A stretch of DNA of 64,000 nucleotides from Nitrosopumilus sp. (GTDB taxonomy: Archaea > Thermoproteota > Nitrososphaeria > Nitrososphaerales > Nitrosopumilaceae): contig OZ241981.1 in NCBI GenBank assembly GCA_965204345.1, positions 1-64,000 on the forward strand, given 5' to 3'. A model generated the notes under the pieces. The model saw nothing but the letters and a program-made list of their open reading frames with translations, did not search any database and was not told the DNA's origin. The position numbers and the translations under genes were made by a program. Below, piece by piece: positions 14,311 to 29,300 of the stretch; positions within the stretch are counted from its first letter, which is position 1, and every line of letters starts with the position of its first letter.

Positions 14311-17300
14311 GTGACAAGTGCCACACTTGTATTTAGTTTATTACTGACTGGTTATTTATGTACATATGGAAAAGTATCTGATTATAGTTTTTTTGTTTAT
14401 CATGGGGGGGGGTTATTTTTAATATCGTCTGCATCTCCTGCGTTTGCTCAAGAGACTGCGACCCCAACTATCACGACTGTTGACGATCCCACCAACCTTG
14501 AGATTGTACCGTTTATCGTAACATACGACCAAGACGTCTTTGGGTTTGAATTGGAAAATATTGTCGTATCTGGTACTGCCAACGACAACAAGCCTGAGCC
14601 AATCGATCTTAAGACCATTGATGCACGTACATACACCTTTGATGTTGCACGCGGTTCCTCAGATGGAACAATAACGGTATTTATACCATCATTTGTATCA
14701 ACTGATCCAGACGGCAAAAATTTATCGACTAATTCTGGTGGTCCAATTACTATCACCATAGACACCGTTCCCCTGACAGTCTCTGTAGCTACAACAGCAG
14801 ACAGTCTAACTAACGTCGACACAATACCGTTTACGGTAACATTCAACAAGGATGTTGAGGGTTTTATCCGAGAAGACATTACAGTAACTGGTACTGCCAA
14901 CGGCGGCATCCTTGCAGCATCCAATTTTGAGACAGTTGATGCCCGCACATACACCTTTAACGTTGCAGGGATATCTTCTGACGGAACCGTAATTGTATCC
15001 ATTGCAGCAGATGTGGCAACAGATGATGCAGGCAACTCCAACACCGCATCTGCCCCAGTTACCGTCACCATAGACCCCATTCCCCTGACAGTCTCTGTAG
15101 CTACAACAGCAGACAGTCTAACTAACGTCGACACAATACCGTTTACGGTAACATTCAACAAGGATGTTGAGGGTTTTATCCGAGAAGACATTACAGTAGC
15201 AGGCTCTGCCAACGGCGGCATCCTTGCAGCATCCAATTTTGAGACAGTTGATGCCCGCACATACACCTTTAACGTTGCAGGGATATCTTCTGACGGAACC
15301 GTAATTGTATCCATTGCAGCAGATGTGGCAACAGACTCAGCAGGCAATCCCAACACCGCATCTGCCCCAGTTACCGTCACCATAGACACCGTTCCCCTAA
15401 CTGTCTCTGTATCTACTACTGTAGGAGAGGACACCAATCTTGCTACAATACCGTTTACGGCAACATTCAACAAGGATGTTGAGGATTTTATCCGAGAAGA
15501 CATTACAGTAACTGGCTCTGCCAACGGCGGCATCCTTGCAGCATCTGACTTTGAGACAGTTGATGCCCGCACATACACCTTTAACGTTGCAGGCATATCT
15601 TCTGACGGAACCGTAACTGCATCAATTGCAGCAGATTTGGCAACAGATTCCGCAGGCAACTCCAACATCGCATCTGCCCCAGTTACCGTCACCATAGACA
15701 CCGTTCCCCTAACTGTCTCTGTATCTACAACAGCAGACAGTCTAACTAACGTCGACACAATACCGTTTACGGCAACATTCAACAAGGACGTTGAGGATTT
15801 TGATCTGAGAGATATTACAGTAGCAGGTACTGCCAACAACGGCAACCCCGTGGCATCCAACCTTCTTGGAACAGGTAGTGTCTACACCTTTGATGTTGTA
15901 CGTGGATCCTCTGACGGAACCATAATTGTGTCAATTGCAGCAGATGTGGCAACAGATGTTGCAGGCAACCGCAACGGGGCATCCCCCAGTCCAGTTACTG
16001 TCACCATAGACACCGTTCCCCTAACTGTCTCTGTATCTACTACTGTAGGCGAGGACACCAATCTTGTTACAATACCGTTTACGGCAACATTCAACAAGGC
16101 AGTTGAGGATTTTGAGCTGAGTGACATTACAGTAACGGGTACTGCCAACGGCGGTACTCCGACAGCAGCTAACTTCCAGACAGTTAATGCCCGCACATAC
16201 ACCTTTGATGTTGCTCGCGGCACCACAGACGGAACAGTAACTGCATCCATAGCCGCAGACGTAGCAGCAGACCTTGCAGGCAACCTCAACACTGCATCTA
16301 ATTCAGTTACAATTGAGATAGATACTGAGAGACCACGCCCGCTACTCTTAGGTCCACCTGGCATCACCTCTGATACAGCAACATTGACAGTAGAATTTAG
16401 CGAGGCTGTCCCAGGATTCTCCGAATCTGAATTTACGTTAGATGGCTTGCCACCATTTGATGGATTAACGCCATCCAACATTAGAGGATCGGGCCTGACT
16501 TATACATTTGATATCACACACGCCGAGACTACGGGTATTCTGAATGTTTCCATACCCGCAAATGTGATATCTGATGCGGCAGGCAACGGTAATACAAGAT
16601 CTACTGAAACATTTATTCCAATAGACCTCATACGCCCAACTTCAACTATCACAACTACGTTAACCTCCCCTGTTAACACCGACACAGTACCATTTACTGT
16701 AACATTTAGCGAGGACGTTGGGGAGTTTGTCCTAGCTGACATTACAGTAACGGGTACTGCCAACGGCGGTACTCCTGTAGCATCCAACCTTGATGGAACA
16801 GGCGATGTCTACACCTTTGATGTTGCTCGCGGCAGCACAGACGGAACCGTAACCGTATCAATAGCAGCAGACGTAACAACAGACCTTTTAGGCAATCTCA
16901 ACGAGGCGTCTGACCCAGTTACCGTCACAATAGACACTCTTGCCCCAACTGTCTCTGTCAGTTCGTCTGAAGGCGACAACACCGGACTTGATACGGTACC
17001 ATTTACTGTAACATTTAGCGAGGACGTTGGGGAGTTTGTCCTAGCTGACATTACAGTAACGGGTACTGCAAACGGCGGTGCTCCGGCAGCAGCCAACTTC
17101 CAGACAGTTAATGCCCGCACATACACCTTTGATGTTGCTCGCGGCAGCACAGACGGAACCGTAATTATATCAATAGATGCTGAAGTGGCAGCAGATTCTG
17201 CAGGCAATCTCAACGAGGCGTCTGCTCCAGATACTGTCACCATAGACACCGTGCCCCTGACTGTCTCTGTATCTACAACAGCAGACAGTCTAACTAACGT

Positions 17301-20300
17301 CGACACAATACCGTTTACGGCAACATTCAACAAGGACGTTGAGGATTTTGATCTGAGAGATATTACAGTAGCAGGTACTGCCAACAACGGCAACCCCGTG
17401 GCATCCAACCTTCTTGGAACAGGTAGTGTCTACACCTTTGATGTTGTACGTGGATCCTCTGACGGAACCATAATTGTGTCAATTGCAGCAGATGTGGCAA
17501 CAGATGTTGCAGGCAACCGCAACGGGGCATCCCCCAGTCCAGTTACTGTCACCATAGACACCGTTCCCCTAACTGTCTCTGTATCTACCACTGTAGGCGA
17601 GGATACCAATCTTGCTACAATACCGTTTACGGCAACATTCAACAAGGCAGTTGAGGATTTTGAGCTGAGTGACATTACAATAACTGGTACTGCCAACAAC
17701 GGCACCCTTGCAGCATCTGACTTTGAGACAGTTGATGCCCGCACATACACCTTTAACGTTGCAGGCATATCTTCTGACGGAACCGTAACTGCATCAATTG
17801 CAGCAGATTTGGCAACAGATGATGCAGGCAACTCCAACACCGCATCTGCCCCAGTTACTGTCAACATAGATATCGTTCCCCTAACTGTCTCTGTATCTAC
17901 CACTGTAGGCGAGGACACCAATCTTGCTACAATACCGTTTACGGCAACATTCAACAAGGACGTTGAGGACTTTGATCTGAGAGATATTACAGTAGCAGGT
18001 ACTGCCAACAACGGCAACCCCGTGGCATCCAACCTTCTTGGAACAGGTAGTGTCTACACCTTTGATGTAGTGCGCGGATCCTCTGACGGAACCATAATTG
18101 TGTCAATTGCAGCAGATGTGGCAACAGATGTTGCAGGCAACCGCAACGGGGCATCCCCCAGTCCAGTTACTGTCACCATAGACACCGTTCCCCTAACTGT
18201 CTCTGTATCTACCACTGTAGGCGAGGACACCAATCTTGCTACAATACCGTTTACGGCAACATTCAACAAGGACGTTGAGGACTTTATCCGAGAAGACGTT
18301 ACAATAACTGGTACTGCCAACAACGGCACCCTTGCAGCATCTGACTTTGAGACAGTTGATGCCCGCACATACACCTTTAACGTTGCAGGCATATCTTCTG
18401 ACGGAACCGTAACTGCATCAATTGCAGCAGATTTGGCAACAGACTCAGCAGGCAACTCCAACACCGCATCTGCCCCAGTTACCGTCACCATAGACACCGT
18501 TCCCCTAACTGTCTCTGTATCTACCACTGTAGGCGAGGACACCAATCTTGCTACAATACCGTTTACGGCAACATTCAACAAGGACGTTGAGGACTTTGAT
18601 CTGAGAGATATTACAGTAGCAGGTACTGCCAACAACGGCAACCCCATGGCATCCAACCTTCTTGGAACAGGTAGTGTCTACACCTTTGATGTAGTGCGCG
18701 GATCCTCTGACGGAACCATAATTGTGTCAATTGCAGCAGATGTGGCAACAGATGTTGCAGGCAACCGCAACGGGGCATCCCCCAGTCCAGTTACCGTCAC
18801 CATAGACACCGTTCCCCTAACAGTCTCTGTGTCTACCACGGTAGGCGAGGACACCAATCTTGCTACAATACCGTTTACGGCAACATTCAACAAGGACGTT
18901 GAGGACTTTATCCGAGAAGACATTACAGTAACTGGTACTGCCAACGGCGGCATCCTTGCAGCATCTGACTTTGAGACAGTTGATGCCCGCACATACACCT
19001 TTAACGTTGCAGGCATATCTTCTGACGGAACCGTAACTGCATCAATTGCAGCAGATTTGGCAACAGACATTGCAGGCAACTCCAACACCGCATCTGCCCC
19101 AGTTACTGTCACCATAGACACCGTTCCCCTGACTGTCTCTGTATCTACCACTATAGGCGAGGATACCAATCTTGCTACAATACCGTTTACGGCAACATTC
19201 AACAAGGACGTTGAGGACTTTGATCTGAGAGATATTACAGTAGCAGGTACTGCCAACAACGGCAACCCCGTGGCATCCAACCTTCTTGGAACAGGTAGTG
19301 TCTACACCTTTGATGTAGTGCGCGGATCCTCTGACGGAACCATAATTGTGTCAATTGCAGCAGATGTGGCAACAGATGTTGCAGGCAACCGCAACGGGGC
19401 ATCCCCCAGTCCAGTTACTGTCACCATAGACACCGTTCCCCTAACTGTCTCTGTATCTACCACTGTAGGCGAGGACACCAATCTTGCTACAATACCGTTT
19501 ACGGCAACATTCAACAAGGACGTTGAGGACTTTATCCGAGAAGACATTACAATAACTGGTACTGCCAACAACGGCACCCTTGCAGCATCTGACTTTGAGA
19601 CAGTTGATGCCCGCACATACACCTTTAACGTTGCAGGCATATCTTCTGACGGAACCGTAACTGCATCAATTGCAGCAGATTTGGCAACAGACATTGCAGG
19701 CAACTCCAACACCGCATCTGCCCCAGTTACTGTCACCATAGACACCGTTCCCCTGACTGTCTCTGTATCTACCACTGTAGGCGAGGACACCAATCTTGCT
19801 ACAATACCGTTTACGGCAACATTCAACAAGGACGTTGAGGATTTTGATCTGAGAGATATTACAGTAGCAGGTACTGCCAACAACGGCAACCCCGTGGCAT
19901 CCAACCTTCTTGGAACAGGTAGTGTCTACACCTTTGATGTTGTACGTGGATCCTCTGACGGAACCATAATTGTGTCAATTGCAGCAGATTTGGCAACAGA
20001 TGATGCAGGCAACTCCAACATCGCATCTGCCCCAGTTACTGTCACCATAGACACCGTTCCCCTGACTGTCTCTGTATCTACAACAGCAGACAGTCTAACT
20101 AACGTCGACACAATACCGTTTACGGCAACATTCAACAAGGACGTTGAGGACTTTGATCTGAGAGATATTACAGTAGCAGGTACTGCCAACAACGGCAACC
20201 CCGTGGCATCCAACCTTCTTGGAACAGGTAGTGTCTACACCTTTGATGTTGTACGTGGATCCTCTGACGGAACCATACTTGTGTCAATTACAGCAGATGT

Positions 20301-23300
20301 GGCAACAGATGTTGCAGGCAACCGCAACGGGGCATCCCCCAGTCCAGTTACTGTCACCATAGACACCGTTCCCCTGACTGTCTCTGTATCTACCACTGTA
20401 GGCGAGGACACCAATCTTGCTACAATACCGTTTACGGCAACATTCAACAAGGACGTTGAGGACTTTATCCGAGAAGACCTTACAATAACTGGTACTGCCA
20501 ACGGCGGCACCCTTGCAGCATCCGACTTTGAGACAGTTGATGCCCGCACATACACCTTTAACGTTGCAGGCATATCTTCTGACGGAACCGTAACTGCATC
20601 AATTGCAGCAGGTGTAACAACAGATTCCGCAGGCAACTCCAACACCGCATCTGCCCCAGTTACCGTCACCATAGACACCGTTCCCCTAACTGTTTCTGTA
20701 TCTACCACTGTAGGCGAGGACACCAATCTTGCTACATTACCGTTTACGGCAACATTCAACAAGGACGTTGAGGACTTTGATCTGAGAGATATTACAGTAG
20801 CAGGTACTGCCAACAACGGCAACCCCGTGGCATCCAACCTTCTTGGAACAGGTAGTGTCTACACCTTTGATGTTGTACGTGGATCCTCTGACGGAACCAT
20901 ACTTGTGTCAATTGCAGCAGATGTGGCAACAGATGTTGCAGGCAACCGCAACGGGGCATCCCTCAGTCCAGTTACCGTCACCATAGACACCGTTCCCCTG
21001 ACTGTCTCTGTATCTACCACGGTAGGTGAGTACACCAATCTTGCTACAATACCGTTTACGGCAACATTCAACAAGGACGTTGAGGACTTTATCCGAGAAG
21101 ACCTTACAATAACTGGTACTGCCAACGGCGGCACCCTTGCAGCATCCGACTTTGAGACAGTTGATGCCCGCACATACACCTTTAACGTTGCAGGCATATC
21201 TTCTGACGGAACCGTAACTGCATCAATTGCAGCAGATTTGGCAACAGACATTGCAGGCAACTCCAACACCGCATCTGCCCCAGTTACTGTCACCATAGAC
21301 ACCGTTCCCCTGACTGTCTCTGTATCTACCACGGTAGGCGAGGATACCAATCTTGCTACAATACCGTTTACGGCAACATTCAACAAGGACGTTGAGGATT
21401 TTGAGCTGAGTGACATTACAATAACTGGTACTGCCAACGGCGGCACCCTTGCAGCATCCGACTTTGAGACAGTTGATGCCCGCACATACACCTTTAACGT
21501 TGCAGGCATATCTTCTGACGGAACCGTAACTGCATCAATTGCCGCAGGTGTAACAACAGATTCTGCAGGCAACTCCAACACCGCATCTGCCCCAGTTACC
21601 GTCACCATAGACACCGTTCCCCTGACTGTCTCTGTAGCTACAACAGCAGACAGTCTAACTAACGTCGACACAATACCGTTTACGGCAACATTCAACAAGG
21701 ACGTTGAGGATTTTGATCTGAGAGATATTACAGTAGCAGGTACTGCCAACAACGGCAACCCCATGGCATCCAACCTTCTTGGAACAGGTAGTGTCTACAC
21801 CTTTGATGTAGTGCGCGGATCCTCTGACGGAACCATAATTGTGTCAATTGCAGCAGATGTGGCAACAGATGTTGCAGGCAACCGCAACGGGGCATCCCTC
21901 AGTCCAGTTACTGTCACCATAGACACCGTTCCCCTGACTGTCTCTGTATCTACCACTGTAGGCGAGGACACCAATCTTGCTACAATACCGTTTACGGCAA
22001 CATTCAACAAGGACGTTGAGGATTTTGAGCTGAGTGACATTACAATAACTGGTACTGCCAACGGCGGCACCCTTGCAGCATCCGACTTTGAGACAGTTGA
22101 TGCCCGCACATACACCTTTAACGTTGCAGGCATATCTTCTGACGGAACCGTAACTGCATCAATTGCAGCAGGTGTAACAACAGATTCCGCAGGCAACTCC
22201 AACACCGTATCTGCCCCAGTTACTGTCACCATAGACACCGTTCCCCTGACTGTCTCTGTATCTACTACTGTAGGCGAGGATACCAATCTTGCTACAATAC
22301 CGTTTACGGCAACATTCAACAAGGCAGTTGAGGATTTTGAGCTGAGTGACATTACAATAACTGGTACTGCCAACGGCGGCACCCTTGCAGCATCCGATTT
22401 TGAGACAGTTGATGCCCGCACATACACCTTTAACGTTGCAGGCATATCTTCTGTCGGAACCGTAACTGCATCAATTGCAGCAGGTGTAACAACAGATTCC
22501 GCAGGCAACTCCAACATTGCATCTGCCCCAGTTACCGTCACCATAGACACCGTTCCACTGACTGTCTCTGTGTCTACAACAGCAGACAGTCTAACTAACG
22601 TCGACACAATACCGTTTACGGCAACATTCAACAAGGACGTTGAGGACTTTGATCTGAGAGATATTACAGTAACAGGTACTGCCAACAACGGCAACCCCGT
22701 GGCATCCAACCTTCTTGGAACAGGTAGTGTCTACACCTTTGATGTAGTGCGCGGATCCTCTGACGGAACCATAATTGTGTCAATTGCAGCAGATGTGGCA
22801 ACAGATGTTGCAGGCAACCGCAACGGGGCATCCCCCAGTCCAGTTACTGTCACCATAGACACCGTTCCCCTGACTGTCTCTGTATCTACCACTGTAGGAG
22901 AGGACACCAATCTTGCTACAATACAGTTTACGGCAACATTCAACAAGGCAGTTGAGGACTTTATCCGAGAAGACATTACAATAACTGGTACTGCCAACGG
23001 CGGCACCCTTGCAGCATCCGACTTTGAGACAGTTGATGCCCGCACATACACCTTTAACGTTGCAGGCATATCTTCTGACGGAACCGTAACTGCATCAATT
23101 GCGGCAGATTTGGCAACAGACATTGCAGGCAACTCCAACACCGCATCTGCCCCAGTTACTGTCACCATAGACACCGTTCCCCTGACTGTCTCTGTATCTA
23201 CCACTGTAGGAGAGGACACCAATCTTGCTACAATACCGTTTACGGCAACATTCAACAAGGCAGTTGAGGACTTTATCCGAGAAGACATTACAATAACTGG

Positions 23301-26300
23301 TACTGCCAACGGCGGCACCCTTGCAGCATCCGACTTTGAGACAGTTGATGCCCGCACATACACCTTTAACGTTGCAGGCATATCTTCTGACGGAACCGTA
23401 ACTGCATCAATTGCAGCAGATTTGGCAACAGATGATGCAGGCAACTCCAACACCGCATCTGCCCCAGTTACCGTCACAGTAGACACCTTTGACCCAACCG
23501 TATCCATTACGCCTCTAGATGGCACCATCACCGGTGATGATCCAGTAACATTTACAGTAGAATTTAGCGAGAATGTCCAGAACTTTGAGCTAGGTGACGT
23601 TACGATAACAGGTACTGCCAACGGCAGTGCTCCAGCAGCAGACAACTTTGTAACAATCGATGCCCGCACATACACCTTTGATGTTGTTCGCGGCTCATCA
23701 GACGGAACAGTAATTGTATCCATTGCAGCAGATGTGGCAACAGATGATGCAGGCAACCGCAACGAAGCATCTGCCCCAGTTACCGTCACCATAATTAGCA
23801 ACACGCTACCGCCGGTTCCTACAGTAGCGCCAGTCATAACCCTAGAGCATCCTGTACTAGTGTCATTCCAAGAATTCTCCCTTGATGGGCACTTTACAGA
23901 CCCCGAAGGTGATACGCTATCGTATATCAATCCCGAAGATGGCTGTGCTGGAACCCTGACGCAGCAACAGCCACCACCAACTGGCTCTGATACGTTCAGG
24001 TTTGTATCCTCAACTGCTGAGACATGTACGCTCTCCTTTGACATCTCTGATGGCACTGGTGCCAGCACTGGTGCTGCCTACACTGTCAGCATATCTGTGG
24101 TATTGGATGCCGCACCCGTACGTACTGCAACACCTCTGACAGTTGATGTCCTATCAAGCCAGCCCCGAAAGGTTACACTTGACATTAACAATTATTACAC
24201 AGATACCCAGACACTGACACTAGTCTCTGATCCCACATCTAGTGACTGTACGGACTTTGTCTCTACCATCCTGTCAAACGGACAGTTTGACTTTGAGCCT
24301 ATCAATGCTTTTGCTGGTGCATCAACGTGCACAGTACAGGCAACCTTCTCTGATGGAAACAGGCATACAACTGCAGATCTTACAATAAACTATCTGGATG
24401 CTGCAACAGTATCCCTAGATACAGATGTAACTGATCCTACCAACTCTGAGACCATACAATTTACGGCAACATTTGGCAGTGACGTCACAGGATTTATCGC
24501 AGATGACATTGTCGTGACAATTGACGGAAACCCAGCCACACCTGGCAGCCTGATAACTGAATTTGCTGGAAGCGGTGCTGACTATACCTTTACAGTAACA
24601 CACGGCATCGCCGCAGAAGGACAGCTAACAGTAACCATACCTGCCAATGCTGTCGTAGAGGACAACACAGCAAGTACTACCTCTACACTCACCGTGGACA
24701 GAATAAACCCCTCTGTAACCATCACACCTGCCGATGGTACCACCACTGGCGATGACCCCGTAACGTTTACGGCAACATTTAGTGAGGATGTCCAGAACTT
24801 TGAACTAGGTGACATTACAGTAACTGGCACTGCCAACGGCGGTGCTCCAGCAGCAGACAACTTGCAGGCAGTTAATGCCCACACATACACCTTTGATGTT
24901 ACTCGCGGCTCCTCAGACGGAACCGTAACCATGTCCATAGGTACTGGTGCACTAACAGACCTTGCAGGCAATCTCAATGAGGCATCTGCTCCAGTTACCG
25001 TCACCATAGACACCATTCCTCTGACTGTCTCTGTATCTACAACTGTAGGTGATAACACCAACCTTGCTACAATACCATTTACGGCAACATTCAACAAGAA
25101 CGTTGACTTTGAACTAGGCGACATTACAGTAACGGGCACCGCAAACGACGGCAACCCCGCAGCATCCAACCTTCTTGGAACAGGCAGTGTCTACACCTTT
25201 GATGTTGCTCGCGGCTCCTCAGACGGAACCATAAATGTATCAATAGGTGCTGGTGCGCTAACAGACTCAGCAGGCAACCCCAACACCACATCTAATTTAG
25301 TTACCGTCATAATAGACACTCTTGTTCCAACCGTCTCTGTCATCTCATCTACAGGCAGCAGTACCGGACTTGATACGGTACCGTTTAGAGTAACATTTAG
25401 CGAGGATGTTGAAGAGTTTGTCCTAACTGATATTACAGTAACAGGTACTGCCAACGACGGCATCCTTGCAGCATCCGACTTTGTAACAGCTGATGCCCGC
25501 ACATACACCTTTAACGTTGCAGGCATATCTTCTGACGGAACAGTGATTGTGTCAATTGCAGCAGGCGTGGCAGCAGACCTTGCAAATAACCCCAACACCG
25601 CATCTGCTCCAGTTACCGTCACAATAGATACTACTGTCCCATCAGTATCACTGGACACAACTGTTGCTGATCCTACCAACTCTGAGGCCATCGAATTTAC
25701 TGCAACCTTTAGCGAAGATGTCACAGGATTTGTGCAATCTGATATCCTTGTAGCAATTGACGGAATCCCTGCATCTAATAGCCTGATAACTGCCTTTGAT
25801 GAAATCAGTGGCACCCAATACGACTTTACAGTAACACACGGCATCACCACAGATGGTGAGCTAACAGTAACAATACCTGACAATGCCGTAGAGGGTGGTA
25901 ACACAGCAAGTACTCATACACTTACAGTGGACCGAATAGGGCCATCTGTAACCATCACACCTGCAGATGGTACCGCCACCGGTGATGACCCAGTAACATT
26001 TACTGCAACCTTTAATGAGGATGTCCAAAACTTTGAACTAGGCGACATTACAGTAACGGGCACCGCAAACGACGGCAACCCCGCAGCATCCAACCTTCTT
26101 GGAACAGGCAGTGTCTACACCTTTGATGTTGCTCGCGGCTCCTCAGACGGAACCATAAATGTATCAATAGGTGCTGGTGCGCTAACAGACTCAGCAGGCA
26201 ACCCCAACACCACATCTAATTTAGTTACCGTCATAATAGACACCATTGCCCCAACTGTCTCTGTGACTTCAAATGCAGGTGAGAATACTAACTCTGATAC

Positions 26301-29300
26301 GGTAACATTTACTGCAACCTTTAGCGAGGATGTTGAAGAAATTATCTCTGATAACATTACAGTAACGGGCACTGCCAACGGCGGCACACTTGCAGCAACC
26401 AATGTTCAGACAGTTAATGCCCGCACATACACCTTTGACGTTGTAGGCATATCCACAGACGGAACAATAATTGCATCAATAGGTGCAGATGTGACAACAG
26501 ACCTTGCAGGCAACCCCAACGAGGCATCCATCAGTCCAGTTACCGTCACAGTAGACACCATTCCTCTGACTGTCTCTGTATCTACAACTGTAGGTGATAA
26601 CACCAATCTTGCTACAATACCATTTACGGCAACATTCAACAAGAACGTTGACTTTGAACTAGGCGACATTACAGTAACGGGCACCGCAAACGACGGCAAC
26701 CCCGCAGCATCCAACCTTCTTGGAACAGGCAGTGTCTACACCTTTGATGTTACTCGCGGCTCCTCAGACGGAACCATAAATGTATCAATAGGTGCTGGTG
26801 CGATAACAGACTCAGCAGGCAACCCCAACACCGCATCTAATTTAGTTACCGTCATAATAGACACTCTTGTTCCAACCGTCTCTGTCATCTCATCTACAGG
26901 CAGCAGTACCGGACTTGATACGGTACCGTTTACAGTAGAATTTAGCGAAGATGTTAGGAACTTTGAACTAGGTGACATTACAGTAACGGGCACTGCCAAC
27001 GACGGCATCCTTACAGCATCCGACTTTGTAACAGCTGATGCCCGCACATACACCTTTAACGTTGCAGGCATATCCACAGACGGAACAGTGATTGTGTCAA
27101 TTGCAGCAGGCGTGGCAGCAGACCTTGCAAATAACCCCAACACCGCATCTGCCCCAGTTACCGTCACAATAGATACTACTGTCCCATCAGTATCACTGGA
27201 CACAACTGTTGCTGATCCTACCAACTCTGAGGCCATCGAATTTACTGCAACATTTGACGAAGATGTCACAGGATTTGTGCAATCTGATATCCTTGTAGCA
27301 ATTGACGGAATCCCTGCATCTAATAGCCTGATAACTGCCTTTGATGAAATCAGTGGCACCCAATACGACTTTACAGTAACACATGGAATCGCCACAGATG
27401 GTGAGCTAACAGTAACAATACCTGACAATGCCGTAGAGGGTGGTAACACCGCAAGTGCTATTACACTGACAGTGGACAGGACAAACCCATCTGTATTCAT
27501 TACGCCTGTCGATGGCACCACCACCAGTGATGATCCCGTAACCTTTACTGCAATCTTTACCGAGGACGTTAGGGAATTTATCCTCACTGACATTACAGTA
27601 ACGGGCACTGCCAACGGCGGTGCTCCAGCAGCCAACAACTTGCAGGCAGTTAATCCCCACACATACGCCTTTGAGGTCGCTCGTGGCTCCTCAGACGGAA
27701 CCGTAACCGTATCCATAGGTGCTGGTGCCCTAACAGATCTTGCAGGCAACCTCAACACCGCATCTGCTCCAGTTACCGTCACAATAGACACTACTGTTCC
27801 CAACTCTTTGCCACCGGTTCCAGCACAACGACCCGTTATAACCCTAGAGCACCCAACATTAGCTCCTCCAACATTCTCTCTAGATGACCACTTTACAGAT
27901 CCCGATGATGATACGCTGTTATACACCATCACGGAAGAGGACTGTGACGCACGAATAACGCAAGAGTCCAACGGCGGCATATTTGAGTTTCTTCCCTTCT
28001 TTGCACATACATGTACCATCTCCTTTGACATTTCTGATGGAACCGATGCCAGCACCGGCGGGGCATATGCAGTTAATATAATCGTGGAAGAAGATCCTAG
28101 CCCCACCGTAAGAAACAATCTCAATATTGTGGTACAGCCAGACCAATCCCGTACAGTCATCCTAGATGTCAATGAACTCTTTGCAGACAACAAGGAACTA
28201 GCATTTTCTGCTACTGGCCATAGTTCAAGTGACTGTGTATCTGGCATAATCACAGTAGAAGATCCTCCCACCATGCTAAGCTTTGATCCAAATGATGATT
28301 CAGCAGAGCAATGTGAGGTACGTGTTCGTGTCAATGACGGCAACAGAGATGATGCCATCTATGATATCACGATACAGTATGTGTCTGCTGTTACAGTATC
28401 CCTGAGCACGACTGCCAATCCAATCACCAACCTTGAGACCATACCATTTACTGCAACATTTAGCAGGGACGTCACAGAATTCGTGCAGTCTGATATTGCC
28501 GTGGCAATTGACGGAACTGACACACCCAACCTGATATCTGCATTTAATGGGAGCGGTACTGACTATACCTTTACAGTCACACACGGCATCACCGCAGGTG
28601 GTGAACTAACAGTAACAATACCTGACGGTGCGACAGCAGAGGGCAACACGGCAAGTGTCACTGCTATATTCACAGTGGACAGAATAGATCCATCCGTATC
28701 CATTACGCCTGCCGATGGCACCACTACTGGCAATGACCCCGTAACGTTTACTGCAACCTTTAGCGAGGATGTCCAGAACTTTGAACTAGATGACATTACA
28801 GTAACTGGTACTGCAAACGGCGGCAGTCCTGTAGCATCCAACATTGGTGGCACCGGCAGTGTCTACACCTTTGATGTAGCACGCGGCTCCACAGACGGAA
28901 CCATAGTTGTATCAATAGACACAAAAGTGGCAACAGACCTTGCAGGCAACCCCAACACCGCATCTGCCCCCGTTACCGTCACCATAAACACCACCGTCCC
29001 ATCCGTATCACTGGACACAACAGCAGCTGATCTCACCAACTCTGAGGCCATCGAATTTACTGCAACCTTTAGCGAGGATGTCACAGGATTTGTACAATCT
29101 GATATCGTTGTGGCAGTTGACGGAACCCCTGTAACTAATAGCCTGATAACTGCCTTTGATGAAATCAGTGGTGGTACCCAATACGACTTTACAGTAACAC
29201 ACGGCATCGCCACAGGTGGTGAGCTAACAGTAACCATACCTGACAATGTGGTAGAAGAGGGCAACACAGCAAGTACCCATACACTCACAGTGGACATGGT

